A DNA stretch of 63,878 nucleotides, filler included, from Reticulomyxa filosa (GCA_000512085.1; 22 parts of 22 records of this genome joined end to end with filler, not necessarily neighbours in it); one strand, 5' to 3'; counted from the whole stretch's first letter, positions 1 through 12,628 are shown. Notes: a model not told the origin generated them from the sequence alone. Made by a program: numbers and translations.

Positions 1-84
1 ACAATAGCCCAAAACAACTCTTTTTTTTTTTTTTTTTTTTTTTTGGAGTTAAAAAAAAAAAAAAAAATTTCTTTCTTGCCCCCT

Positions 85-586
85 CCCCTCTTGAACTGTT
101 GTCGCACTGACTCCCAATGTTATACGTCTTGTTCGTGGTCTTGTCAATGCAGTCAACTTTATCATATTTGGCCTGACATATGCTCCAATCCATTCGCAAT
201 CGCACATTGTCATTGTGATTGAACACGTTGATCAAACAGTAGCAACATTGGTCCGCCGCGTCGTAGTAGTTGTTTATTGCGCTCTCTCTTTGCAATGCCG
301 ACAATAATACAAACAACGCGATCGCGAGGAATCGCGCAATATTCCATATTGTATACAATGACTGCTGTCGCAAATGCTGCTCACTCATCACTCTTGTCTC
401 TCCACTCTCCGCAACCATCGGCTCTCTCCTTTGGTTTGACGGGCATACTTGCTTTTGTAACTCTATTTTTCCAAACAGTGCCACTTCCAGCACGTCGCTT
501 TTATTGCAACCACACTCCTTGGCTGGCTCTTGTGTAATTACACTCTCAAAACTACCCGTCAATCGCTCTCTATTGTCTCGTGACAT
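85..586 (-). CDS. 5' exon of a hypothetical membrane protein with a Cys-rich region (partial)
   Basis: Open frame from ATG at 586 (MSRDNRERLTGSFESV...) includes hydrophobic IWNIARFLAIALFVLLSAL, then DQCCYCLINVF...WSIC...DC...QC. It runs into an A/T-rich intron-like stretch at the contig edge and is absent from the ORF track. Confidence 0.6.
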
Positions 587-1364
587 GTTTTATTACTTTA
601 TTATAAGTTATTAAAAAAACTCTTCCAAAGAAAGGTTTTTCGTCGGTTTCCCTTTTATTTTTTTGTAAAATAAACGTGCACACAAAAAGATTTCTCAATT
701 CAGCAATTAAAATCGTGTGGAAAAAATATTTAAACACTACATCTATCATAATTTTTTTTTGCCTGCCATACGGATTAAAAGATAAGATTATGTCAAAAAT
801 TATGCAACATAGAAAGCAAATTTTTTGACCACCATCTCAAGTTTACAAAAATAGAAACAGATAAGTGAAACTTGTCATGTTAATAAGCAATCTTTTTTTC
901 CTCATGAAATTTTGGAAATTCATAGTAAATTACAATTTTTTAAATATTTTTCAATATTATTGTTAAAAAATTTTTAAAGAAATCTTGAGTTTTCGCGAAT
1001 AAAGTGAAAAAATTTGCAAGGATAGTTTTAGAAAGTTTTTTGCAAAATTTTATGAACGATGGTTTCACAATTGACACTATCTCTCCCCATGGAAGCATCT
1101 AGAGAGCTAATTAAGTGTGGCCCTTTTTGTAATTGAAATATAATATTCTCAAGTGAAACTAAAAATGAGACAATGAAGTTGAAACAGTTCCATAACTGCA
1201 ACGAACAAAGTCGCACAGCATGTTTGGAATAAAAACTAAAAGAACAATATTTATGCAGTATAAGATTTAGAAAACTTTTCCTTATATGCATCTACGAGAG
1301 TATCTCCTTTCGAACCTCCGATATTTCTGAGAACTTCCTCAGAAACCAAGTTTGTCAATTGATC

Positions 1365-1464
1365 NNNNNNNNNNNNNNNNNNNNNNNNNNNNNNNNNNNN
1401 NNNNNNNNTTAATTAATTAANNNNNNNNNNNNNNNNNNNNNNNNNNNNNNNNNNNNNNNNNNNN
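1365..1464. other. Artificial contig-joining spacer (N44-TTAATTAATTAA-N44), repeated 21 times in the window
   Basis: Identical 100-bp unit with stops in all six frames, starting at 1365, 11228, 13406, 15269, 24330, 25453, 27813, 32606, 34086, 36132, 37391, 38562, 41549, 42907, 44128, 45442, 54294, 55940, 57542, 58728 and 61455. Sequence on either side is unrelated. Confidence 0.98.
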
Positions 1465-1502
1465 TCATTCGAAATAATTTGCAATTGAGTGGGTTTGTGT
1501 GA
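1465..1502 (+). CDS. Probable last codons of a heterotrimeric G-alpha subunit (partial)
   Basis: Reads IRNNLQLSGFV-TGA, matching the G-alpha C-terminal pattern (compare IKNNLKDCGLF). It is followed by UTR-like low-complexity sequence. Confidence 0.45.
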
Positions 1503-2266
1503 CTAAAAAAAAAAAAAAAGAGGGTGGGATGGAGGTAGGTAGGAGGGATGGTCTTGCCACATGTGAATGAATAATTTTGTCGATCACAATAAATAAAAAA
1601 ATTGTTGGTGTGGCTCTTTTATTCGGATTTAACAACTTACATTGATGCCAAAAAAAGTCTTACTTTTTTGCTGTGTTTTTTTTTTCTTGTGCCTGTACAC
1701 AAGGTACAAGTCCGTTTTTATTTTTTGTATTTCTTTTTTTATTATATTTGATTTTGTCTTGTTTGTTGTTTGTTTTTATTCTTTTGAATTTTCTTTTTTT
1801 TGGGTGGGTTTACCACACGACACAAACACAATAAGATTCACTCAGTGCCAATCTTTTTTCTAAAAAAAGAGTATAAATTGTGTTTGTTGTTGCGTTTGAT
1901 TGTGTCCTTTGACAATGTTAACGATCTTTTGTGATTTTGACTGTGTTTAAACAAAACAAATTATCTTTTCCTCCACAAAAGTTCGTTTAAGGAATCTTTC
2001 CTCTGCTAATTCTTACTAATATAGTGGAATCTCTTGTCTTGTTTCCATCCACTCGCACAAAACTTGATGTACAATTAAAGCTTTTTTTGCTATCGACAAT
2101 AACGAAACGGGGAGCTATTAAAAATTACTGGTTGGCGTCTAAGTTTGTAAACTTTTGTCCACGTTACCTTTTCACAAAAAAAAGAGCAACGATTTATTTT
2201 CAGACTCAATTATTGTTTGGGGTATGGTTAAATATCTTCCAACAGCTATTTAAAAATAAATTTATA

Positions 2267-4095
2267 ATGTCAACACTCTCACCAGAGCTGCAGCAGCAAA
2301 TTGAACAAAACCGTTTGGCAGCACTAGAGCGACTTCGCAAAAGACGCGAAGAGCGACACCAAGCACAAAATATTAATCACGCCGTTTCAGGCAGCAGTCT
2401 GACAGCCGAGCAAAGAGAGGCCATTGAACAAAAAAGACAAGAAGCATTAAAAAGATTAGAACTTTCCCGACAGCGACACAAAAACCGTGTATATTTGCAG
2501 TTGTGTATTTCTTATTATCATTATTAAGTTATTGTTTGAACGGCAAATGCGAAATGTACAAGATGTACCCAAAAAAAAAAAAAAAAAAGTGTGACTCAAG
2601 TGCAATCGACAGAGGATGACATATCAACACTGGAAGCGGAACTCTCTTGTATGATATGTTCCGAGATATTTGTATGTCCAGTGAATCTCCCCTGTTGTAA
2701 GCAAGCTTTGTGCCATGGGTGTTTGATGCAGTGGCTATTGCAACAAAGAACGTGCCCTCACTGTCGACAGTCGTTATCGAGAAGACGCTGCATCAGATTG
2801 ATTGTCAGTAAAGAGCTCAAAACCAGGCTAACGCATTCATTGATCGCGTGTGTGCAAAAGATGGAGTGGACGAAAAGATACAATACCAAAACCGCCTTCT
2901 CGAATCGTCTGACTACGTGAAAGCTGTACAAATGCACATTGAATGGAACCTGCAATATAAGAAAAAGCGATCTGAACCTGACAACATCGACATACATCAA
3001 GAAGAAAAAAACGAGGCATAGAAGACAATGACGATAATAATGATAATAATGATAATAATGATAATAATGATAATAATGATAATAATGATAATAATGATAA
3101 TAATAATAATAATGATAATAATGATAATGACGATGATGATGACAATGACGATGATAATGATTGGGATGACAATGATGATGATGACGGTGGTGACGATGAT
3201 GATAATGATAATGATGATGATTGGAATGAAAATGAAGATGAAGATGACGAGAACGAGAACGAGGATGAAGACGCAGACGAAAGGGATGAAGAAGAATCAT
3301 CAACTCATAAATCCCAATACATTTCAAATGAAAGTAATGGCGATAATGAAAATCATGAACACTGTCATTTCCGCAATGCTAATTCATACTTTGGTTCAAC
3401 CCGTTCTGGGCACGATCTGGGAACCAGAATGAAACGTCTTGTTACGAATCCTTTTTTTTTTTTTTTTTTTCACATCCAATGTTTCGGTGTTCGTGCACGT
3501 CCGCACTCGTCTCTTTTTTTTGTTTTGTTATTGTTTGGAAAAAAAGAGCGATATCAACGATAACACCTTTCCGCAGCTTAGTGCACAGGAAAGTCGCAAC
3601 CCTATCATTGAGGCGGTCAATCAAAGGAGATCTCGACCGCAACTCCGAGAACAAACTATCGAAAATGAATATCGACACGTCCATTCTCCGAGAGAAACTA
3701 GTCTGGATCGACAGGAAGAGAGACAAAGAGATGCACATACACATTCATATTGGGCACGAAGCAGAAGCAGAAGCAGAGATAGGAGTAGAGATGGAAGCAG
3801 AGGAGATAACAGAGAATATGAAAGACCAAAAAGGGGCGGTTGGAGAGGTAGAAGAGGAGATCGGCATGATAGGGGCCGAAGAGGTAGAGGAGGAGATTGG
3901 CGTGGTAGGGGCTGGAGAGGTAGAGGAGGAGATTGGCGCGGTAGGGGCTGGAGAGGTAGAGGAGGAGATTGGCGTGGTAGGAGCTGGCGCAGTAGAGGTT
4001 GGAGGGGGAGGGGTTGCAGAGGAAGAGGTGGCACTGCAGCATCGGAGGAAAATACGGGACAATGGAGAGGAAGAGGTTATCGGCCTCACTTTTGA
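2267..4095 (+). CDS. RING-finger protein with two N-terminal RPA32C-binding-like helices, a D/N-rich acidic tract, and RS and RGG repeats (multi-exon; apparent frameshifts near 2818 and 3010)
   Basis: Starts MSTLSPELQQQIEQNRLAALERLRKR and has a second copy LTAEQREAIEQKRQEALKRL. RING: CMIC..PVNLPCCKQALCHGC..RTCPHC. GAT/AAT repeat at 3022-3290 encodes D/N. The last exon has RSRSRSRDRSRD and (GRGGDWRGRGWR)n, ending RGYRPHF-TGA. Confidence 0.75.
3030..3280 (+). repeat. Coding trinucleotide low-complexity repeat (GAT/AAT; Asp/Asn-rich)
   Basis: (GATAATAAT)n array grading into GAT/GAC/GAA codons. Confidence 0.9.
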
Positions 4096-4417
4096 CAAAA
4101 AAAAATGTGTTGATAAAAAAACTACAGCTAGTAAATATAACTTAATTTGTGTTTCTCCATTGGTTTTGTAATGCGTTTTTCGTTCAGAGCATAATAATAA
4201 ATATGAAAAGCAAAAAAAAAAACAACATTTAATCAGATTTCCGATTATCAGTTGCTAATTTGATCCTTTTCTAAATCTCTTGTGGCTCGTCAAAAGTAAA
4301 AAAAGAAATGATGCATTTGCAAATTAGGACAAAATATTCAACTTTTAAATGTTTTCATCCGAACGTTGTTTCTAAACAAAACACACAACAACTAAAAAAA
4401 AAACTCGTAGATTTGAT

Positions 4418-6074
4418 ATGGGCGGTGTTTGTTCTAATTCCGGGCAACATACAAATGCGCGGGGCCCTAAAGACGGCGGTCGAGTGACAGATCAAAAATT
4501 ACAAAAAGATTTGGACAGTGATAAAAAGAGAGACAGGGCAGTAAACAAGCTGTTGTTACTGGGGCCAGGAAACAGTGGCAAATCAACCTTTTTAAAGCAG
4601 CTGTCATCTATACACAATGATGGATTTTCTGAAGCAAACATAGAAGAAGCAGTGAGATCAGTGGCCGATTCAGTGTTAACCCAAATAAAAGCGCTTATTA
4701 CCGAGTGCAGAGCACTGCAATACGATGTAAGTTTATTTATTTTTTTTTACGTATATAAAAAAAAAAATACATATACCGAAATGATCAACTGTAATATGTT
4801 CGAAATCCAATACAACCCAAAAGTCTCTTTGAATGCGATGTCATAGGGAAATTGCGAATCCAAAACATTAGAAGCAATGAGATTTATTGATGATTTACCG
4901 CGAAATATTGAAATTACCGATGAAATTGCCAAAAATGTGAAGGTTGTATGGGCTGACCCTGCAATCAAAGAAACGTTCAAAGATCGAACCAATTTATCCG
5001 TAGTCGACTCGGCACCACATTTCTTTGAAAGTATTGATCGCATTGCCGAATTCGGTTACAGACCAACAGAACAAGTTAACATTCGTAAGAGCATTTTTTT
5101 ATTGGGATAATATGACTAAAGGGACGGTCGGAGCGAGACTTTTTTAAAAAAAAAGTTTTAAAGTATAGTAATTTTTTTTTTTTGAATTTTTAATATGTAT
5201 TTGAATATATAGGACATGCTGTTGGTACGCATTCCAACGACGGGTGTGACCGAATGTGAATTTTCTTATAACAACCTGGAATTCCGTATATACGATGTTG
5301 GCGGGCAAAGAAGCGAACGCTCGAAGTGGATCCATTGCTTTGATTGTGTTCCGTGAATTTAATGCCAAATTCTTTTTTTGTTTTGTTTTGCAAAAGACAC
5401 TGATATCAAAAAACTTTGGAAAATGATGAAAGGTTGATCATTGTTGTGTGTGTACATATGTCCAATATGACAATGACAGGTGACGGCGGTATTGTTTGTG
5501 GCATCACTGAGCTGCTATGACCAGCAATTATTTGAAGATGTGTCTGTTAATGCGATGCACGAAGCCCTAGCGTTGTTTGAAGAGACATGCAATTCACGTT
5601 GGTTCCGAAAGACGACAACAATATTGTTTTTAAATAAAGCTGATTTGTTTAATGAAAAAATTCAAAGAAAATCGTTGAAAGTGTGCTTTGAAGATTATGA
5701 TGGAGCAGATCAAAACTTTGAAGAAGGTTTGTGCTTATGTTTTGTCGTTGTATGATACAATATTTGGAGTTGAATCAAGGTAATTGAAAATTGAATACTC
5801 ATCAAAACTTGTTTGTACCTCTTTTTGTGTGGCTCCACAGCTGTGAGCTATATTGAACAACAATTTGTCAGTCGAAACAACAACCCACGTGTGAGACAGA
5901 TTTGCCATGTTACGTGTGCCACCGATCAAGAAAGCGTAAAAAAAGTCTTCAATGATGTGCAGCATATCATTGTAAATGCTTCATTGCAAAGAGGTTTGTT
6001 TTTATTCATGTAAGTCATCTTGCATGGATGTCACACATTTTGTTCTTATGAAATGAATAGGTGGGCTGTTGTAA
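4418..6074 (+). CDS. Heterotrimeric G protein alpha subunit, 6 exons (about 4418-4726, 4846-5074, 5213-5347, 5480-5727, 5840-5992, 6061-6074)
   Basis: MGGVCS myristoylation-type N-terminus; [14 protein letters not shown]; VRIPTTGV; [17 protein letters not shown]; FLNKADLF; TCATD; C-terminus LQRGGLL-TAA. GT-AG introns restore the frame. Confidence 0.96.
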
Positions 6075-6448
6075 ATATCAAGCACGACAAAACATAATCA
6101 TATATGTTATTGTAGGCAAAAAAACTGTTAATAGCTTTTTTTTGCTATGTCTTTAATTTTGTTTTTCTTTCAAGTTCGTTGTTGAAGCTCTTGGATTTGT
6201 TGAGGCTACAGATTTATTTTTTTTGAACGCGCATTTTGCCTCCGTCTACGACATTCCTTTTTTCTTTACTGGAGAATCCAAAAGAATGAAATCTTCTTTT
6301 TTCAAAAATAAGTGTGCCAGATTGTAATGCAAATTGATGGTATGATTTTTTGTTATAACATTTTCTTTTGACCTTTTCAAAGTTTTACAACAAACAACGA
6401 TTCCATTCAAAAATAGAAAATAAAATCCTACAACCAAAAAAGAATGGT

Positions 6449-9400
6449 TTATGATTTATCTGTGCTGAACCACGTTGTCCACAAACTGGTTCCTTGATTA
6501 TTTTCGTTTTTTATGCTACTAAATTTGCCGATTCCATATCCAACTAACAAACTAGCTGCAATTATAATTAAATCAGTCCGCTTTAAAACACTGGCATCAA
6601 AACTCAGAGAGACACGTGTGCCTTGTCGATTATAGGAAAGGACCCTCTCTTTGTTTTCGTTTTCTTTTTGCGGGGTACTTGTTATCGTGTAGTGATTCTG
6701 AAGATTTGTGTTAGCTTGCTGTCGAGAATATTTATTGTTTCCTTCACTATGATCAGTTGATGTAAGACCGTAGCTTGGGTTATTTCGGTTACTATTTTGA
6801 GTTAAACGCGTACAAATGAAAAAAAATAAAAAATGAACGAACGAGAAAATCCAAAATAATATAATCAAATTACCTTGTTATTGTCGGTGAATAGACTGCA
6901 TTGGGCTGATTTTGATTTGTATTGCCAGAAACATTATTGGTATTTCTTTCAAATAAATTCATATAACTGAGAGATTCAGCTTGTGACGTGATTTGTTTAT
7001 GAGCATTGTACTTTTGTTTTTTGTCATTGGCATCGGCAATGGAAGTGGCAACAATGCTATCCTTTTGGAGGACAGAATCATTCTCTTGGTTAAGATGATT
7101 CTCCTCTCCAGAAGAAGGTTTACGATAGCCCAAAATTCCAGGCTCTCTTTCGTTTGTAATGTCACGACTCGACAAAGCCCGAGACAGGGTCAGCGTCGGA
7201 CGTTTGGGAAGAGATGATACATCATCTGAAAGTTCTTTCTCCTTGGATTGTTTTTCAGCAATGGAACGTTTTTGATTTAGCGATTTGGGAGCTTTGGTCA
7301 TCATAACCTTATATTGCTGTGTAAATGATAATGGAAAAATTGGCGGTGGCAACCCTTTTTTTTTTTGAAAGGGGGTGCAAAGATTTGATAAAAACTTTTT
7401 TTGTTTAAAAAAAATATAAGTATACATACATGTATGTATATATGTGTACATGTATATTATAATTAAATAATCCTAATAAAAAAATATTTGTACCCAGGAT
7501 CCAATTTTCTTCTTCTCTCAATAGTTCATCACGAAATCGAAGACGAATATCAGGAACATTGGTTTGATGGATATCATTTCCGGCAGGTCCTCGCATATGA
7601 TATTTTTTCCCAATCCAATGGCGTTTGCACTCGTCCGGAAACCCGCATTGTACCACAGAGTTGCGTGCGATTTCGCACATGTCAATGGCGGACAATTTAT
7701 AGACCTGAGCGGCAATAGCATATTCTTCAATCAAAGGGTCTTTTGTATAATGGATGAGCAGCGGGTCATCCGTGGACAGCGTGACATTTAAACCGCGTTG
7801 AAAAAAGGAAGGAAAAGGATTTTTATCATACTCGATGAACAGGAGATTGTTGGACAACGGCGACATGGAAATGCCGACCTATACAATTCCAAAATGTCGT
7901 ATGCTTTGTAATGTTGGATGATGACAAAAAAAAAAAAAAGGGGGGGGGGAAGAGGTGTTTTTGTTTTTTTTGGATTGAAATATGAACCTGTTTCAAATAA
8001 TATAAAAATTGTAAAACAGGCGACTTTTTCAAAGTAAGTCCATGATTGATCGCATGCGCCAAAAGGAAAGCGCTTGCGACGTGATCAACATCTCCAGCCT
8101 CGCCACTGTGCGGACGAAATGCGAAAGTGTTCATGCCTTTGGCTTCGCGCAGCTTGTTCAAGACAAAGAGATTGGCATACAAGTAATAACACCAGAATAC
8201 GTAGGGAGGATTTTCGTCCATGTTCCAATCGTTTGGTAAAGGGAGATCTTTGTACCGTGTATTTTCTTGAATGCTTTCATCATCGACACTATCAAAGCCA
8301 ACGACAAGCTTCAAGAACAGGTCCAATTCCAAATTGGCTTGCGGATCGACGGTGACTTGAAAAAGGGGATAAAAGATATGATCCAGCATTTCCCCAAAAT
8401 TGGTAATGCATTTGCTCTGTTTGTATACGTTATACAAGCGCGGGATCTGGATCATCCATCGCACATTCGGACAATGCAGTTGGTTATGACACACCCAGTT
8501 TGCCAATGTGGTCCATTCGTGACGCGCCTTTCCGTATATGCTTAGTCGATACTCGGCATATTGGTATTTGCTTTCTTTCAAATCGTCAAACACCTCTTTC
8601 GTCACCCCCGCCAGAAAGCGCCCGTTCATCGAGTTTTCTACTTTCAAAAACACCTGACGCAACATCGGCTCGCCAATGGGATTGTACTTTGCGTTGAAGC
8701 GGTCGAACCGATGGAACGTCTGTCTGTGTCCGTGCATATTCAACAAGTCGATGCTCAGGTCGTACGCCGTCAAGTTCAGGCGCTCGAACAGCTGTGCCAA
8801 ACTTACATCTTTCCCGTCACTGTCTTTCATCACGACTAAATCTCCATTGTGTTTTAAGCGCGACTTTATAAATCGTAGCAAATGTTTTTGTCTTTTTTTT
8901 TTTTTTAATTAAACAACATTACAAATTTTTGCCAACGGTACTTTGAATTTAAAAAAAAAAAAAACCAAATATATTTCATTCGTACATAACGTCATACAAG
9001 CCTATTGAAACACAAACACATGAGAAGATTGCTCGTTTCAATATGTTACACATCTCCCTCCCCCCCTCTCTCTCCCTCTTTGATACAAAATGCATTTGTA
9101 CCGAGTGATGGACGTGGGTATCGACTTTGCGGACATTATAAAAGTCTCGATGCGGCACTGACTTCACCTCTCGCATTTCATTTTCTTCGTTCAATAGCAT
9201 GTGCAAGCGATACTTCGCTTCCAACATTTGCAATCGCGAATAGCAAAAAGTTTTTGCAGGTCCCATCCTAACCCATAAATATTTTTTTTAATTTAAAAAA
9301 AAAAAGGGGGGGTATGTGGGGCTCATGTTCATGAATTTTCCTAAAAAAAAAAAAAGAAACATGATCAAAGCCATTAAAATGTCCAAATCTCGAAAAAACT

Positions 9401-10250
9401 CATGGACGGAATGAATCCTGTACTTTTCATTTCCAAGCAAAGAATAAGTGGTACGAGCATCACTTTGGTTCTGTTTGTCTTCTGACTGTCGCTGTTGTTG
9501 TTGTTCTTGTTCTTTTTGTTTTTGCTCGGGTGAGTCCCACACTCGAAACACTCCGTCGATCATTTCAAACACATGTTGACTCGGTGGCTGCGTTGCCTTG
9601 GATTGCAAGTTGTCAAACGAGATATTGGGGTCGTCGTGCAGCGCCAACGGAAAGTACCCACTTTCCAACGTGAACACCCATTTTTCTCGCAACATACACG
9701 CGTGTTGCAATTTGCGAGACACTTCGCGAACTTCAGGACTATCCAAATCTCGCTTTTCTTGTTGGATCCATATTCGCAAGAAATCCACTTCCTCATACAC
9801 CATTTTATCTTTTTTTTTTTTTTTTAACATACATTTTTACGTGTGCATATAAAAACAAGACCCCTTTCTTCGAATTTTTTGTGTATGTTGTAATTTCAAT
9901 GTGTATACGTATGCAATGGGATGCCGAACACTTTTTAACGAGTGATCGGAGGTTTGTCATCTTCAAAGGTCTCCAATTCCTTTTTTTCTTCCGTCGTTTG
10001 GTCCGCTTCTACACCTTTAGTTGTTGTTCCATTTGTCTCACTTTCACCTGCTGCTTCGTTGTCCTTTTTTTCTTCTGTGCCTTGAGGTGGTATTTCTGGA
10101 TCAACGCAAACATACTATTTTTGTTTTTTTTTGTTTTTTCTTTTTATTGCGCTTGACTGCTCCCCATTTTCTCCCTTCTTTTTTCTCCTTGCACTTAAAG
10201 ACAATACAAACTTCGGAGAAATGCAATGCGGACATTTGGTTCCCATTTTT
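6449..10250 (-). CDS. AMPD: AMP deaminase, multi-exon, with a long C-terminal extension ending in a hydrophobic helix (5' end approximate)
   Basis: [87 protein letters not shown] and CEIARNSV are AMP deaminase signatures. Confidence 0.96.
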
Positions 10251-11010
10251 ATCGATGTCACTTAGCAAGTTGTCCTAGAAGATTGTTATTGTAGACCGAG
10301 CGCAACGGTTAATGAGGAAAAACACTTATGGACCACAAAATAAACACTAAAACTGTTTCTGTTGGATGTCGCCGTTTCCAACGGTCAGCCATAATAATTT
10401 TTTGTTGAATTTTCAACTATACTATTGGCCCTTCAATTGCTACCATACTTCAGAAAATTAGCTGAAAAACCTTTTTTAAGACAGCAAAGTTTGTAAGCTA
10501 TCGTTTTATTGATATTTTATTTGTTTTGTTTATTTGCGTTAAGTATAAACTACAGTAGACGCAAAATAAAGCCTTATAGATGACAGATTTTCTACGTGAG
10601 AAACAACATTTGAAAGTTTTTTTTAATAAAAAATTATCTACGAATCGTTGAGTTTTTGAATACAGTTTTGGTTTTTACATCTTTCCTGATTGCTTCAAAA
10701 TTTGATCTTTTATTGATCTTGAAAATTTGTGAAGAAGTTGCAGTAGTTTATCATATTTTATTTTTTTAGTATTGTGTGGTAAGGCCTACTGTTGTTAACA
10801 AGGTTCAGGTAGTCTTGAATTCCACTTCCTCGCTACACAACTTACTTCTTGCTTTATTCTGTTTTTGTTTTTTTTATTTGACTGTTTGTTCTTCTTTAAT
10901 TTAATGTTAATCATTTCTGCATACGGACTTACTAAGACAGTAATCTTTCATATTACACTTAGCGCAACCTTTTTACAACCTCTATCGCATCTCACAGTAT
11001 TGCGTACGCA

Positions 11011-11227
11011 GATCGAGATCACAGCATCTGTAAGAATTACAGACCAATCTTACTATTATCTGGAGTTGGAAAATTATTGGAAAGAATTATCAGAATGGAT
11101 TAATGTGGTATTTAAATGAAAACAATCTATTAACACAATGTCAAGCAGGATTCCAATCTTGGCACAACACGTCAGAATTGTTATTAAGAATGACTGAGTC
11201 AATTTATTCATCATTCGATAACAATGG
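11011..11227 (+). mobile_element. Non-LTR (LINE-type) retrotransposon reverse transcriptase fragment, frameshifted
   Basis: DRDHSICKNYRPILLLSGVGKLLERII / LMWYLNENNLLTQCQAGFQSWHNTSELLLRMTESIYSSFDN corresponds to the N-terminal RT motifs of APE-type LINEs (YRPISLL..KLLE..QxGF). Truncated by the contig end. Confidence 0.85.
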
Positions 11228-11399
11228 NNNNNNNNNNNNNNNNNNNNNNNNNNNNNNNNNNNNNNNNNNNNTTAATTAATTAANNNNNNNNNNNNNNNNN
11301 NNNNNNNNNNNNNNNNNNNNNNNNNNNAAAAAAAAAAAATCAAAATTTATTTGTGTTATCTTTGCGTTCGATGGAAAGTCCTTGTATTGATACTTTTCA

Positions 11400-12628
11400 G
11401 ATCCGTTGCTGTTCCTCCAATGCACTTGATAGTTCCAAGAGTTTGTCCTAAGAAATTTGATCATGATTGAGAATGATATCGCTATCGATCCTCCGCTTCC
11501 ACTCTTCAATCCGTTAGACTGAATCGAGACATTGATTAATTAATTGTTGTTCAATTATTAGTTCAATTATTCCACCACCTCCACTTCCACAATGAATTTC
11601 TCTCAACAATGTCTCTTCTCCATACACGTTTCCATACTATGAACTTTTGATTTTCATTCATCAACAAGAAATCGACTCCATTATTTAAACAAGGAGAGCG
11701 AATGACGGCCAACATATTTTGACAGGTGACATTGCGTTCATACTTTGTCGTATTCTTTTCCTCGCGTTTTCTTTCTTCATTTTGTACATCGGTTTGACTT
11801 TGAAGTCGGCTGATATATCGCCTTTGATTGTCCAAATTATTTTGGATGACTTGTTTGTGTTGGGATTGTTCAAGTTGTTTTTTGAATTCAATCTTATTTT
11901 GGTTCATTTCTGATTGCAATTCTTGGATATTTTTTGTCAATTCCATTATTTGTTGATCTTTCTTCAGCGATTCATGTTTTACATTATTCACTTGTTCCTG
12001 TTATTAGTTATATATGTACTTTATTGCAATCATTTAATTTGTTCATTCATTACATTGAATTGTTTTTGTATCTCGAATGAAGCATTTCGATTGATTGAAA
12101 TCAAATTACATATAATTTATCCAAATGGTCTTTCAATTTTTTTATTTTGTCTTTAAAATTACAACTCGGATTGGATTGGATTGGTTTTCATGTCCCTTGT
12201 AAATGTTTATTCAAATTGTAATTACCAATAATTCTGAATGTTGTTGAATTGGACATTTTCTATGATTTTGTTTCAAATATGCTTACTCAGAATTTTCGTG
12301 TTCGTCGTATTGTAATTCCACTGCGTTATTTGCAATTTGATTACAAAGACAGCAGACCAAAATGTGTCGAGTTTTTGTGGTTCTGTTGTCAAGGAAATCC
12401 AATCTTCTTGTAACAACCAGAAACAGAAAAGAGTTCTTTGTTGTGTTCCGTCTTTTTTCTTCTCCTTCCTGAGCAACTAAGAGCATTATTTCTTCACAAT
12501 AAATAAAAAAGTTTTTTTTTTCTCGATTAAAGGGATTTTAATTTGAATAGGCAAGTACTTAGTTTTCCACAGCGTCAAACTTTTTGAAAGATATTTTAAC
12601 TTGCTTAGAACTTTGTTCCTGTGTCATA
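11400..12628 (-). pseudogene. Decayed member of a Cys-motif/coiled-coil gene family
   Basis: CCLCNQIANNAVELQYDEHENSE...YLKQNHRKCPIQQH, then a coiled coil (11563-11991) and a GSGGSI tail. Multiple in-frame stops and frameshifts. Confidence 0.6.

Noticed and set aside
2758-3432. His/Tyr-rich, Leu/Ser-rich and Met/Ile-rich ORFs (and similar ones at 16049-16553, 19311-19839 and 33183-33802)
   Set aside because: These are shadow or antisense frames of coding microsatellites.
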